A stretch of 64,000 nt of DNA, taken from Octopus sinensis (taxonomy: Eukaryota). A program made the position numbers and the translations under genes. This document shows positions 42,595 through 58,135 of this stretch, piece by piece (positions within the stretch are counted from its first letter, which is position 1; the number at the start of each line of letters is the position of its first letter). The stretch lies in the NCBI RefSeq assembly GCF_006345805.1, contig NC_043001.1, positions 92,442,001 to 92,506,000 on the forward strand, in the 5' to 3' direction. A model generated the notes under the pieces. It did no database searches, was not told the DNA's origin, and saw nothing but the letters and a program-made list of their open reading frames with translations.

Positions 42595-43215
42595 TTCTTT
42601 TACTCTTTTACGCTTTTAGTTGTTTCAGTCATTCGACGGCGGCCATACTGGAGCACAGCCTTTAGTCGAGAAAATCGACCCAAGGACTTATTCTTTGTAA
42701 GCCTAGTACTTATTCTATCAGTCTCTTTTGCCGAACCGCTAAGTTACGGGGACGTAAACACACCAGCATCGGTTATCAAGCGACGTTGTGGGGTGACAAA
42801 CACAGGCGCACAAACACACACACACATACACACACACACACACACACTCACATACACACGCACACATATATATATATACATATACGCGACGGGCTTCTTT
42901 CGGTTTCCGTTTACCAAATCCACTCACAAGGCTTTGGTCGACCCGAGGCTATAGCAGAAGACACTTGCCCAAGGTGCCATGTAGTGGGACAGAACCCGGA
43001 ACCATGTGTTTCGCAAGCAAGCTACTTACCACACAGCCACTCCTGCGCCTATATACTCATTACTCTTTTACTCTTTTACTTGTTTCAGTCATTTGACTGT
43101 GACCATGCTAGAGCACCGCATTTACTCGAGCAAATCGACCCTATGATTTATCCTTTGTAAGCCTAGTACTTATTAAAGCGATGTTGAGGGGGCAAACATA
43201 GACACACAAACACAC
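42595..43215 (-). mobile_element. Two adjacent SINE family B copies, the second partial
   Basis: Family B tail and head motifs. Confidence 0.82.
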
Positions 43216-43226
43216 ACACCTATATG

Positions 43227-44521
<1,295 letters not shown>

Positions 44522-44819
44522 TCGACAGGCTTCTTTCAGTTTCCGTCTACCAAATCCACTCACAAGGCTTTGGATGGCCTGATGCTATAGTAGTAGACAC
44601 TTGCCCAATGTGCCACACAGTAGGACTGAACCCGGAATCATGTGGTTCGTAAGCAAGCTAATTACCTCACAACCATTCCTACGCCTATATATATTTGTGT
44701 GTATGTATGTATGTATGTATGTATGTATGTATGTATGTATGTATGTATGTATGTATGTATGTATGTATGTATGTATGTATGTTTGTATGTATGCATTTTT
44801 ATGTTATTGTTATATATTT

Positions 44820-45340
44820 TAATGATTGTCAAATCATCAATTATTTTCACAGCTCATTAAAAATGATGGTACAGCAAAACAAATTAAATAAAAATTGAAG
44901 CGTCCGTCTCTGAAAACGCATTATTTCAGAGTTACTGTGCTGAGACAATTATCTTCGGGTGTCTATTTTTTAATAGTTTTCTGTCTCATGAACACAATTC
45001 AACACACAAGGGTAGTGACAGGTACATACACGTGCATATATACGAAGTCGGTCACGCATATCACGGTGCGCTTTGAATTTATATATAGATACTTGTCCAT
45101 GTTATTGAGTATGAATGAAAAGGGTTAAGCATGAAATAGCTAATTATATTTATAAACGTAGACAGCTTGGCATTTCAAACAAATTGATGAATTGACGCAT
45201 AACAGTAAAAAAGAGAAAGGTGGTGAAAAGAGATGTAGCCACCCACCTCCTATACAGATAACTATATATTTATAATGATTTTCCTATGAGTATGTCAATC
45301 AGCATTTTGAACAGAGCGTCTTCTAGTAACGTATGCCAAT
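44820..45340 (+). promoter_or_regulatory. Conserved upstream block of paralog 3: candidate promoter and non-coding exon
   Basis: Paralogous to 29330-29790. Confidence 0.6.
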
Positions 45341-45564
45341 TTTTTTATTCAATGTATTACTCTTTCTGTTATTTTTTTTGACATTGTTTTGATATTTTGG
45401 TGTATTTCTAAATCCTTCCAATTTATGTATGCTAACATAATTTGAGATAGAAATTCTTTTAAACGTTAATATCTAAGACAAAATTTGTAATTGTAGCAAG
45501 ACCAGTAATTGTAGCAAGACCAAAATTAACTAGCGCAACTAAAGTTACTTCGCAGTCACTTTCA

Positions 45565-45741
<177 letters not shown>

Positions 45742-45774
45742 CTGCATTAAATGTCTATATATATATTTATTATT

Positions 45775-46072
45775 TATGCGCCCTTTTCAAGCCTAGCCAG
45801 ACTCATGGTTTCCCGGTTTCTGTGACGTATGTGTTCCCCCCAGCTGGACGGGACGCTGGTCCATCGCAGCATTATTCAAGAAACAGAGAGAGAGAGTGTG
45901 AGAAACTTGGGGCAAAAGAGTACAACAGGGTTCGCCACCACCCCCTGCCGGAGCCTCGTGGAGCTTTAGGTGTTTTCGCTCAATAAACACGCACAACGCC
46001 CGGTCTGGGAATCGAAACCGCGATCCTCCGACCGCGAGTCCGCTGCCCTAACCACTGGGCCATTGCGCCTCC
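45775..46072 (-). mobile_element. SINE family A
   Basis: Same tRNA-like head; tail resembles that of 36734-37033. Confidence 0.85.
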
Positions 46073-46560
46073 ACACACACACACACACACGCACACACAC
46101 ATACATACATACATACATACATACATACATACATACATACATACATGCATACATATATATATGTATATGTATATATGTGTGTGCGTGTTTGTGTGTATGT
46201 ATGCTTGTGTGCATGTGTGTGTATACATCCTTATACATACATTTACATGTATAGAATTGCATTTTATCACAACAATTTACGTATCAATAATCAACTATAC
46301 TATAATCTCATCTTACCATTGTCTTCACAATTAACTATAATCTATTTATGACTCTAATGCATTGTGTGGGATCTTAAGACATCGACGTTTATTTACATGC
46401 ACACATCAAGTTAGTATAAAATTATTCATCTCGATCAAACGATAAGTCATGAATGATGTACCATTCCGGCTTATCTCCTATATATTTCTGGTTATCTTTG
46501 TCTCGTCAATGAATGCATGAATACAATATTTTGTTTCCCCCCACCCTTTTTTTTCCTATA

Positions 46561-46793
46561 CAGTAATCCCTCGACTATCGCGGGTGTTACGCTCCAAAAC
46601 ACCCCACGGTAGATGAAAATCCCCGAAGCAGAAACAGTACTGTACTGTATATTTTTTTAATCATTTTTATAATTTGTATATATCTATATTATAAATGCAA
46701 AATATCACCACAGAGGAATCGACGTAAGCTTAAACATTAAACCGCGATAGGCCAACCGCGAATGGTGAACCGCGATATGGTGAGGGTTTACTG
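46561..46793. mobile_element. Tigger/pogo-like MITE
   Basis: TA|cagtaatccctcgactatcgcgg ... ccgcgatatggtgagggtttactg|TA. Confidence 0.85.
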
Positions 46794-47629
46794 TACTCTT
46801 TATTCGCTATGTCTCTAGCTGAGTTCTCTCCGTTGCGAGTATTAAGGTCAGGTTTCCGATATGGACTTAATTTCCTTTCTTTTTCCCACCTGGAAGCCCT
46901 GAAAAATATTAATGGGGCCTGCTATTTCTCCTCTGACTTAGTTAATTAAAAAAAAAGTATGTATAAAGGAGCAGCAATTCTTACTCAAAGCATTGAAAAA
47001 AGTGAGGCTTTTTGTTATAACAGGCAGTTTGGAGCACATTCTTAGTGATTAATATGTCTTTATTATTGATAGGAATATATTCTGTCTATTGAGGTTCTTA
47101 ATAAAATACAATAAAATGAACTAAGGTTCCTTATGTTCCTTATGAATTTGCTTTTATTCTTTTTGAATTACATTCCCAATAATTTTCGGAAAATGATGTT
47201 GTACCTAGAGCAAGATTCATGGGAGTCCTACATAAGGAGGGGTTATGCGGAATCCTTCTATAGAACAACATTGTTTCCAGGCTGTCCAACTGAGCGGCAA
47301 TGGTTTACTCACTGTCACTCTTTAACTACTGTCTTGCAAATCAATTGAGGGGTCTTATCTTGCGAGTAATTGGGGACATCGGTGATGTTTGGGGCACGGG
47401 GAAAGCATCCAGCACAACCAGTAAAATAGTCGTTGTTAGGAAGTGCATCCTGCTGTAGAAACAAAAAGCTCTCGTGGGAGCCTGGTGCAGTTTTCTGGCT
47501 TGTCAGATTTTTGTCGATGATGATGAAGGTGATGACGATGACGACGACAACGGCGACGACGATTATTGTTTGTATTTCATTAATTCCATTTTCGATCTTC
47601 AACAGTTTGAATGTCATCGCTTCTTTTAG

Positions 47630-48052
47630 TATTTCTTATTTCTTTACTGCCCACAAGGGGCTACACAAAAAATGGACAAACAAGGACAGACAAACGGATT
47701 AAGTCGATTATATCGACCCCAGTGCGTAACTGGTACTTATTTAATCGAACCCGAAAGGATGAAAGGCAAAGTCGACCTCGGCGGAATTTGAACTCAGAAC
47801 GTAGCGGCAGACGAAATACCTATTTCTTTACTACCCACAAGGGGCTAAACCCAGAGAGGACAAACAAGGACTGACAAACGGATTAAGTCGATTATATCGA
47901 CCCCAGTGAGTAACTGGTACTTATTTAATCGACCCAGAAATGATGAAAGGCAAAGTCGACCTCGGCGGAATCTGAACTCAGAACGTAACAGCGGACGAAA
48001 ATACCGCTAAGCATTTCCCCTGGCGTGCAAACGTTTCTGCCAGCTCGCCGTC
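47630..48052 (-). mobile_element. SINE family C tandem dimer
   Basis: Two ~185-230 bp units head to tail. Confidence 0.85.
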
Positions 48053-48278
48053 TTTTTTAGTATTGTGGTACACAAAGCTATATATTGCAGTCTAGCCACT
48101 ATTTAACCATTAAACGTGTGTGTGCTATGAGCCTATAAGTGATATTTTTAAGTATATAATTTACTTTTAGCTTTCTGTCTTTACCACAAATATCAAAGAC
48201 TTAGATGGACTCAGTTTACTTTTATCAGACAGCTACAATCGTGTTGAACAGAAAGCCGCACTTAACTTCTCCAGCTCT

Positions 48279-48329
<51 letters not shown>

Positions 48330-48538
48330 CGCTCTCGCTTATTCATTTCCTCCCCCATAATTTTTCTACAATTTTCTCTGTCTCTTCTCCTTTCCCATTC
48401 TCGCAATCATTCTTCCTTTCAACTCCGACAATAAAATTACTGTTTCATTAAATTATCAATGACTTTTACTGTCTTTCTCTTTTCAGAAACTTCTGAGGAA
48501 TATAAATCTGAACAGTGAATTATCAAGTATTGAATAAA

Positions 48539-48684
48539 ATGGCGAGTTATTATCACAGAATCAGTAATCGTCCTATGTGCAATGACACTATCCCCGGTAG
48601 ATTAGGTAAATTCGCTAAAGCTAACCCAAACAAAGAGGCAATTGTTTACTATGACAACAAACACCAACGAACCTCTATAACAAG
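48539..48684 (+). CDS. ANL-family enzyme paralog 3, first coding exon
   Basis: 146 nt; donor AG|GTATGT; UTR acceptor tttcag ending at 48486; close match to 31774-31919. Confidence 0.92.
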
Positions 48685-48812
48685 GTATGTGCTACTATTT
48701 TTGCTATTATTTTTTTAAATCATTTAATCTCTTAATATATTCAATCATTCGAGTGCAACCATGCTGTGGCGTCGTCTGGAGAGTTATTAGTCAAATGAAT
48801 CGAGCACAGTAC

Positions 48813-48851
<39 letters not shown>

Positions 48852-49177
48852 TATTATATTATTATTATATTATTTTATTATTATTATCATTGAGTGAGAG
48901 AGCAGTTCATGCCATCAAAGTGACACTGGGGTAAAATATACGAAGCCCAATATACCCATCATGACTACCCGTCTGATAAAGGTACACCAGGCACATGCAT
49001 CACAACCATATGTGCGCGACATGGTGATCTCATATCAAGATAAACAACAGCACATGACCTTGCAGGTGGGGCCCAGTTAGAATTTTCTTCAGGTTGAGTA
49101 GCCCATCCTGCTCAAACGGTCCCTGAATAAGGGTTGTTTAAGGATGTTGAAAGAACCACCCATGTTTCCAGAGGTGA

Positions 49178-49220
<43 letters not shown>

Positions 49221-49483
49221 ATTATTATTATTATTACTACTACTACTATTATTAATACTATTATTATTAAGGCGGTGAGCAGGCAGAATCGTTAGCACGC
49301 CAGGCAAAATGCTTAGTGGTATTTTGTCTGTTGCTATGTTCTGAGTTCAAATTCCGCCGATGTTGACTTTGCCTTTCATCCTTTCTAGGTCCTTAAAAAT
49401 AAGTACCGGTTGAGTACTGGGATCGAGGTAATTGATTTATCGCCTCACCCAAATTTCAGGCATTGTGCCTATATTAGAAAAGA

Positions 49484-49578
<95 letters not shown>

Positions 49579-49603
49579 GTTGTTGTTGTCATTGTTATTG
49601 TTG

Positions 49604-49656
<53 letters not shown>

Positions 49657-49799
49657 TATTATTATTATTATTATACCATCGTCATTATTATTCAAAACAA
49701 TTCGCAGCTTAAAGTTTCGTAGGGTCGTCACTGAAACCTATAATAATATATGTTACTCCTATACATGTGTTGAGTGCCTCTTTCTTTCGTTTGTTCATA

Positions 49800-49852
<53 letters not shown>

Positions 49853-50172
49853 CTTAACGTAGTGGTTAGGGCATTCGGCTACTGATTGTAAGGTCGTGAG
49901 TTCAATATTCACTTTATTTCACGTTGCTCCAGTCCACTCAGCTGGCAAAAAATGAGTTGTACCTGTATTTCAAAGGGCCAGCCTTGTCACACTCTGTGTC
50001 ACGCTGAGTCTCCCTGAAAACTACGTTAGTTGTACGCGTGTCTGTGGATTGCTCAGTTACTTGCAAGTTAATTTCACGAGCAAGCTGTTCCGTTGATCGT
50101 ATCAGCTGGGACCCTCGTCGTCGCAACCGACAGGATGCTCTCTCTGTCTGTCTGTCTGTCTCTTTCTCTCTG

Positions 50173-50220
<48 letters not shown>

Positions 50221-50559
50221 GATTGGATCATCCCATACGTGATGGCTATCTATTCGTTGGACAAGCTTAACCATCGCAGATAGGCTGACTTATAACTGAC
50301 TGTTCTTACAAACGTGAGGTCGACAATGATTCATGAAGCGGCATCAAACTTACAGATTTTGCTGCAAAGAGTGCAAACTAAATCCGAGTTTTCGATCTGA
50401 TGGTCAGGCATCACAGATGGAGGATCATTATAAGTTTTCAAATTTCTTTTGAGTTTACAGCGGTTCTTGCAGACTTCGCTGCATACATCAATAGGTCACT
50501 TTGTCTGCAGTAACGAACTGATCATAATCTATTGGCGACTCAACTATATGTCTCGTTAG

Positions 50560-51150
50560 GTGACTTTGAACTCCTGCGCTTGACAAGCATATTCGGCCAC
50601 ATTCGTGGCAAAGGGAGGAATAGCTAAGTGTTCAGGCTAAATTTGACGATTAGCATACAAGAAAAAGAAAATGCTAGCCAGCAGCTCGACGTGAGTGTTG
50701 TGGCTAGAGCGATTGGTGTCTTTCTCAACCGCTTCCCACACATAGTAATTCATTGAATTACGATGGGAGGAAATTAGGATGTTGGAAATTGGGGCTGGCG
50801 AAGTCAGGAGATGTGGCAAGATGCAAGATGCCGAATTTTGCTGCCACGCATAAGGTCTTTCAGTAGTAACCTTTTCCAGCCACAGATTGACCACTGTCTC
50901 CGGCAGCTTCCAAGAACCATCTGAGCAGAGTCTAAAGTCTTGTGCAAAGATGTGGAATAGAATTCCGTTGTGCAGACACAGTCAGAATGTCTGCTGTGTC
51001 CCTTCATGCTGGTCATATCTTCGTAATCTCCGTTGCAACCGTTTATGTCACATCTTACAGCCGTTACATTGTTCACAGAACATTGAGCCGCAGTCATGAT
51101 GTCGCCATTTTGATAACCGGCGTGTTTCATCATGAGAGAGATATTTCTTC
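50560..51150 (-). mobile_element. Decayed Tc1/mariner-superfamily transposase in paralog 3 intron
   Basis: RPYAWQQNSASC (cf. xQQDxAPxH) and NSMNYYVWEAVE (cf. NPLDYxVWxxxE). Confidence 0.65.
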
Positions 51151-51589
51151 ATCAGTTATTCCGACCCTTGCTAGTGCTCTATGTAACCTAACTTTTTCTC
51201 AACTATAGATGTAATCTCTATGTTGTCTCCAGCACCGTTGACTGTACACCAATACAACGAACTGTTCCTCAGAAAAGGAACTCTCTCCATACATACGTAC
51301 ATACATACCATGTCTAGATATGCAACTATATGCACGAGAATACAAACATAAAGCAAAACATGCATGCATACATACATACATACATACATACATACATACA
51401 TACATACATACATACATACATACATACATAAAAATATACCCTGTTGCTGATGCTGAAATTCCAATGAAAGATCCTTGATTCTAGGTTAGAAACCGGATCT
51501 TTCTCTATTGGCAAGAAATCTTGAAATAAAACTGAACAATGACATACATACAAACACACATTTAACTATCTATATATTTTCACTTACAG

Positions 51590-53084
51590 AAAACAACTCT
51601 ATGATGGAACAGAGCAGTTTGCCAAAGCCCTTGTCAAGCAAGGAATCAAGAAAGGTGATCGAATTGCCCTCTGTGTATCGAACTGTGTTGAGTGGATGGT
51701 ATATGACAGCGGTATTATGATGGCAGGAGGGTGTTCGGTGAGACTCTGGGCCGGACAAGCTGATTTCTTACCCATGCTAGAAGATTGTGTGGCAGTAATT
51801 TTAGACTCAGACCCAACATTTTACAATTTATTACAGAAAGAGGCAAAGATTTCAGAAGATGGTACTGCAGTTAGTGGAAGTTTCCCAAAACTGCGTTTGG
51901 CCATTAATGTTTCAAAAACAAAATCACCAATTAAAGGTCTAAGTCTTCAAAAGATGATAGAACAGGTAAAGCAAGATAAAAGTATAACCCTTCCTTTGAT
52001 GGAGGCCGAAGATATCACAATTATTTCACAAACATCTGGAACAACAGGAAAACCTAAGCGGGTTACTCATAGCAGCTTTGATATCATTAATGCTTCGGAA
52101 GTTTATTGTAAAGAACTTGGTTTAACTGAAAATGATGGATTTTTCAATGAACGTTATTTTGGTTTTGGTGGGTCATACCCTCTCTCATTTATAGCAACTG
52201 GGCTGAAATATGTCTCTGCAGATATATGTAGCCTAAATGCCCCAAAAGACTTCACTAAACTGAATGAAATCTTGAAAAATGAAGGATGCAAAAAGATCGC
52301 TTTAATGCCATCAGATTTACATTTCTGTCCAGAAAAGGAAAACATGATGGATTTCGTTATGATAGCAGGTGACATGACATCCTTAGATAATATAAAGCGT
52401 GGTTTATCTTGCTCAATATTAATCGATCACTTTATGGCCACCGCTGAAACTCTAATAATTGGTCATAAGAGTTTCACGAAAGACAACGTTGATAGTTATG
52501 TTCCTGGAATAATTGGCCGACCATTTCCAGATGTGGAAGTAAAACTTGTGGATGATAATAACACAATTGTCGACATCGGCGAAGAAGGTTATTTATGTGT
52601 GCGAGCTGTATGGTGCTCAAAAGTGACTGCTGACGGAGAATCAATTCTAGACAAAGGATGGTTTAAGACAACAGATATTTGTAAAATGACTGAGGATAAA
52701 GAAATAATTTTGTACGGCAAAGACGTTGACTTCATTACAAAGTCAGCTAGAAGAGTATCAAGTAGATTTGTTGAGAAACATGTATCAGGTTCTCCAGATG
52801 TTGACGATGTCGTCGTTGTCCCGATTCCAGATGAAGTACACGGATCGAAAATTTGTGCTTGTGTCATTATGAAAAATGGGAAAACATTTGACGAGAAATC
52901 CATTTTTCAATTCTGCCACGAAAACATGCCTCAGCCAAATAACTTTGACAACATTTCATCTACTCCAGATTATTTTCTAGAGTTTAACAAATTTCCTAAA
53001 CTAGGAAATGGAAAAGTTGATAGATGTTTAATGAAAACCACGGCAATTGCACGTTTAATCAAAAAATCAAAGCATTTTTGTTAG
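51590..53084 (+). CDS. ANL-family enzyme paralog 3, main exon; spliced protein 546 aa
   Basis: Acceptor ttttcacttacag|A in frame with ORF 51696-53084; same motifs as paralog 2. Confidence 0.93.
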
Positions 53085-55184
53085 AAAGCCGAAGAAAAAA
53101 TGCACAATAAAATGAAGAGCATAGTTTTCGATTTCACTCGTTTCATATATTTTGGTTATAAAGGAATTCGAAGGAAATAAAATCTACATTCAATCAAGAA
53201 TAAATACTAACAACCGTATTAAACCACCACTATGTTTCACTCTAATTAATGTAAGCGAACTTACCTCATAAATTGTTACATCACATTTTCCTTAAATTTA
53301 ATTTTTGCCTTTATCGTAGTTATCATTTATAACCAAATTCAGAGTAAATGATTTATTGTATTTTTTCTTCCTTTATGAATAAAACTATTCAGTCTGATAT
53401 TGCATTGTGTCGTTTTATAAATTGTAAAATAATAAAACCGAAACATATTGCTAACAACTTAACAGCTGGAATCTTACAAATACAAATGTCATCTTTATTT
53501 TAAATATTATTGCACAGCGTCATTATTAGAGAAATGCATGAAAACATCTGAATTGTTAATGCAACAGTGTTAATTAGATAATCTCCCGAACACTAAGCTA
53601 GTATTAATAATTTATGATAATAAGCACGATAAATATTTGTAACTCTTATGATTAAACTAGACATTGATCAGACAACTGAAAAATCCTGGAACTTGCCAAA
53701 TATTTTGTAGGCAGTTATAATTCTTCTAGATATAAATTAGGATTCTGAGCCGATGTAATCTCAACTGCTGTGTTTCATCTTTTAGATGCTACAATTAATT
53801 GGTCATCACAAAACTTCCTTTAAGCTGCAAACGTACCAAAATTGATGCAATTTATTTTGAATACATTTTATATGTACATCCAACATTCAAAGTGAGCTTT
53901 TCGGATATGTTTCTTTCTTAATAACACTGCTATAACAACACAACTCTTCCTTAAAAGCCACAAGTCCTTCTTTGAGCTGGAGACCATATACTGACATAGA
54001 AATTAGAAATATTTTTAGTCGCATCAGTTCTTTAAAAGCCACACCAAGTAAATCTTTTAACTAGAAACAATGTACTGGCAAAAACAAAATAACAAAAATA
54101 GCATATTATTCACATGGCTTAGTCGTTTACTCCTGTATACAATAAATATGCTAATACCTCGTAAACTATTGTTTTAATTTAGATAACATCTCCGAATCAT
54201 TTTATTGTTACACCTATCTCACACTTGCCCCACAAAACAATAGTGTAAGACCTGGAGAAAGATTTCTAATCGAAAAGAACAAACCATCACAAATATGTTA
54301 GCTATATAAAACAGTTTAACCTATAGAGCGTTAGAGCAACTACATCAAGAAATGGGATTTTGAAATATGTAAATTAATGATAAGTTTAGAAGAAATTTTA
54401 AATAACATGCCACATCAACAGAGAATAATGGTTTCAAAGTTTGCCACAAGGGTAGCAATTTTGGGGAAGGGAATGAGACGATTATATCGACTCTATTGCT
54501 CAAGTGGTACTTATTTCATCGATTCCCGAAATGATGAAAGGCAAAGTCGACCTCGGCGGAATTTGAAATCATGACGTAAAAACGGACGAAATACCGCTTA
54601 GAATTTTGCCCCATGTGCTAACGATTCTGCCAGCAGCTCCCACCTTAAACACGAACGCATAAGCATAACAATTCTTTCAACGAAATGCAAAATGCCTGAA
54701 GTATTGGGGAGGGAATTAATCGATTATGTCGATCTCAGTGCTCAAATGGTGCTTATTTTATCGACTCCAAAAATGCAGCCTCGGAGGAATTTGAAATCAG
54801 AACACATTTTTCCGACGTGCTAACGCTTGTACCAGCACACCCGCTAAACATTTTTAATGAAAAATAATATATGTGCGTGTGAATAATACAATATTATATA
54901 TAATGTAATAATAATAATGATAATAATATTCCTTTCTACTATAGGCACAAGCCTGAAATTTTAGGGAGTGGTTAAGTCGATTACATCGACCCCAGAGTTT
55001 TACTGGTAGGTAACTAATTTATGGACCCTGAAGGATGGAAAGCAAAGTCGACTTCGGCTGAATTTGAATGCAAAACGTAGCGACGGACGAAATGCCGCTA
55101 AGCCTCTTGTCCGGTGTACTAATGATTCTGCCAGCTCGTCGCCTTGGAGAGAGGTGGGGAGGAGTCGATTACATCGACCCTAGC

Positions 55185-57120
55185 GCCTCGTTGCAAAGAA
55201 AGCAAAGATTGTAAGATACGACCAAAGAATGAAGGGTTGCCACCAGAATAGGCTATTCAGGGTAGATCAGAAGATATTCTATAAAGAAAAAAATGGAGAG
55301 TGTACAGATGAAAAGTTGATATCAGATAACATTGAAAGTCAAAGGTTTTGGAGTGACATCTGGAGCAAAGACAAGGAGCACAAGAAGGATGCTGAATGGT
55401 TGCAAGAACTGAAACAAACAGTAGTCGGTCCGAAACAGGCAGAACTAGTCATTTCAGGTAGAGAAGTGAAGGAAATCATCAAAGAAATGAGCAACTGGAA
55501 GGCCCCGGGACCAGTTGGAGTTCAAGGCTACTGCATCAAAGGATTTGGTGAATGTCATGCACGAATAGCTGCGCAACGCAACACCTTGTTAAATGCCGAC
55601 CAAGTTACACCAGAGTGGTTGACGTTGGGTAGGACAGTGTTGTGCCTGAAAAACATCGAAAAGGGTAATACAGTAGACAATTATAGGCCAATATCCTGTT
55701 TGCCACTTATGTGGAAGGGTTGCAAGCCTAAATGCAGAGGTACCAAGGATCAATTCCTGATAGACACAACTATACTTAGAGACTGCAAAAAGAGGAAAAG
55801 TAACTTATCCATGTCATGGATCGACTATCGTAAGGTGTACGATATGATCCCACATTCTTGGATTATGGAGTGTATGAACCTATTTGGTATTGCATTGAAT
55901 GTTGAGTGATTGCTTGGAAAAAGTATGGTGAATTGGAGTCCGGACCTGATAGCATACGGAATAAGTTTAGGGATAGTAAAAATTAGGAGGGGCATCTTCA
56001 AATGGGACTGCCTGCCCCCCCCCCCTGATATTTGTACTGTGCTTGATACCACTAACACTGGTTCTGAGGAAAGCAAAAGCTGGTATGTATTCAAAAGCCG
56101 TCAACAAAAAGTCAATCATTTGTTATTCATGGATGACCTCAAACTTTATGGTAAAGATGAAGCCCAAATCAGTTCCTTCGTTGATACTGTGTATGTCTTC
56201 AGTGCAGATATCAGAATGGAGTTCGGACTTAGAAAGTGTGGTGTGTTAGTCTTGAAGAGAGGCAAAATCAAATGTATGCACGGGCAAACGATACTGTCGG
56301 AGAGGTTATCAAACAGATAGAAGAGACGGGCTATAAATACTTAGGGATTTTGGAAATAGATAAATTGATGGCGAAAGAATTGACAGAAAAATTTAAGGTG
56401 GTGTACTTATGCAGACTGAGACTGATCCTTAAGTTGAAATTAGATGGACGGAATAGGATCGAAGCTATCAATACCTGGGCGGTTTCACTCTTTAGATATG
56501 GAGCAGAGGTGATCGCATGGATAGTAGATGAACTAAACAGCTTAGACAGAAAGACAAGGAAGTTGCTAACTAGATATGGGTTACTCCACCCAAAAAGTGA
56601 CACAGACAGTCTGTATGTACCAAGAAAAAGAGGGGGAATAGGACTTATTGGATGCGAACACAGCATCAGAACAGAAGAAAACAACATAACATGGTATGTA
56701 AAAAATGCCACGTAACCGCTATTATTAGAAGTAAGAAGGTCAGGCATGTGTAGGATAAGAGGTTGCAAAGATAAAGCACTATACAAGTTTTTGAAAACGA
56801 ATGAAACTGAAAATAGGTGGGTAAGGAAATTTCATAGGGATGTTGAAGATAAGACTGACAAAGAAAAAAGATGGCTGTTGATAACTAAAAGGGATTTAAA
56901 ACTGGAAACGAAGGCTCTAATCTGTGCTGCCCAAGAGCAAGCACTAAGAGCAAACTACATAAAATACAGAATAGACAACACAGCAGAAAGTGATAAGTGC
57001 AGAATCTGTGGACAAAACGGTGAAACCGTATGGCATATTACCAGCCAATGTACGCCACTAGCCCAGAAGGAATATGAGAGACACCACGACAATATAGCCA
57101 GGCTTGTCCATTGGACACTC
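55185..57120 (+). mobile_element. Decayed R4/Dong-type LINE (RT and zinc knuckle), truncated at both ends
   Basis: WKAPG, YRPISCL, WIDYRKVYD, FMDDLKLY, CRICGQNGETVWHITSQC; several frameshifts. Confidence 0.88.
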
Positions 57121-57124
57121 TGGA

Positions 57125-57503
57125 TAGCCATATGTTGAGAGGAATTCTTTGGTGTTTGGATAATTCACCTCTGGAAACATGGGTGATTCATTCAACATCC
57201 TTAAACGACCCTTATTCAGGAACCTTTTGAGCGGGATGGGCTACCGTAACCCTGAAGGAAATTCTTACTAGATCTCCACCTGCAAGGTCATGCGCTGTTT
57301 ATTTTGATATAAAGTCACCATGTCGCGTACAAATGGTTATAATGCGTGTGTCTGGTATATCCTCATCGGACGGGTAGTCATGATGGATATACTGGGCTTC
57401 GTATAGTTTATCCCAGCGTCACTTTGATGGCATGCACTACTCACTCACTCAATAATGATGATGATGATGATGAAATTAATAATAATAATAATAATAATAA
57501 ATA

Positions 57504-57598
<95 letters not shown>

Positions 57599-58054
57599 GA
57601 TGGGCTACAGCAAATATTCTGCTCAATACCACAGATTTGCTTGTCAGTTGTTTGACCTTAACCAAATACATGTCCCTTAGTGGCTGACGATATGTGCATC
57701 TCTGATCAGGAGCAGAAGTAGTGGGGGAGCATCATAGCCATGTGTTGAGAAGGATTCTTTGGGGTTGAATAATTCACCTCTGGAAACATGGGTGTTTCGT
57801 TCAACGTCCTTAAACAACCCTTATTCAGTACCTTTTGAGCGGGATGGGGTACTCGATCTGAAGAAAATTCTAACTGGGCTCCACCTGCAAAGTCATGTGC
57901 TGTTTATCTTGATATGAGATCACCATGTCGCGCACATATGGTTGTGATGCATGTGCCTGGTGTACCCTTATCAGACGGGTAGTCATGATGGTATACTGGG
58001 CTTCGTATATTTTACCCCAGTGTCACTTTCATGGCATGCTCTGCTCGCTCCCTC

Positions 58055-58056
<2 letters not shown>
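57125..58056 (+). mobile_element. Two family D repeats separated and followed by (TAA)n
   Basis: Reverse complement of 30658-31210. Confidence 0.75.
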
Positions 58057-58103
<47 letters not shown>

Positions 58104-58135
58104 TAATAATAATAATAATAATATAATAATAATAA

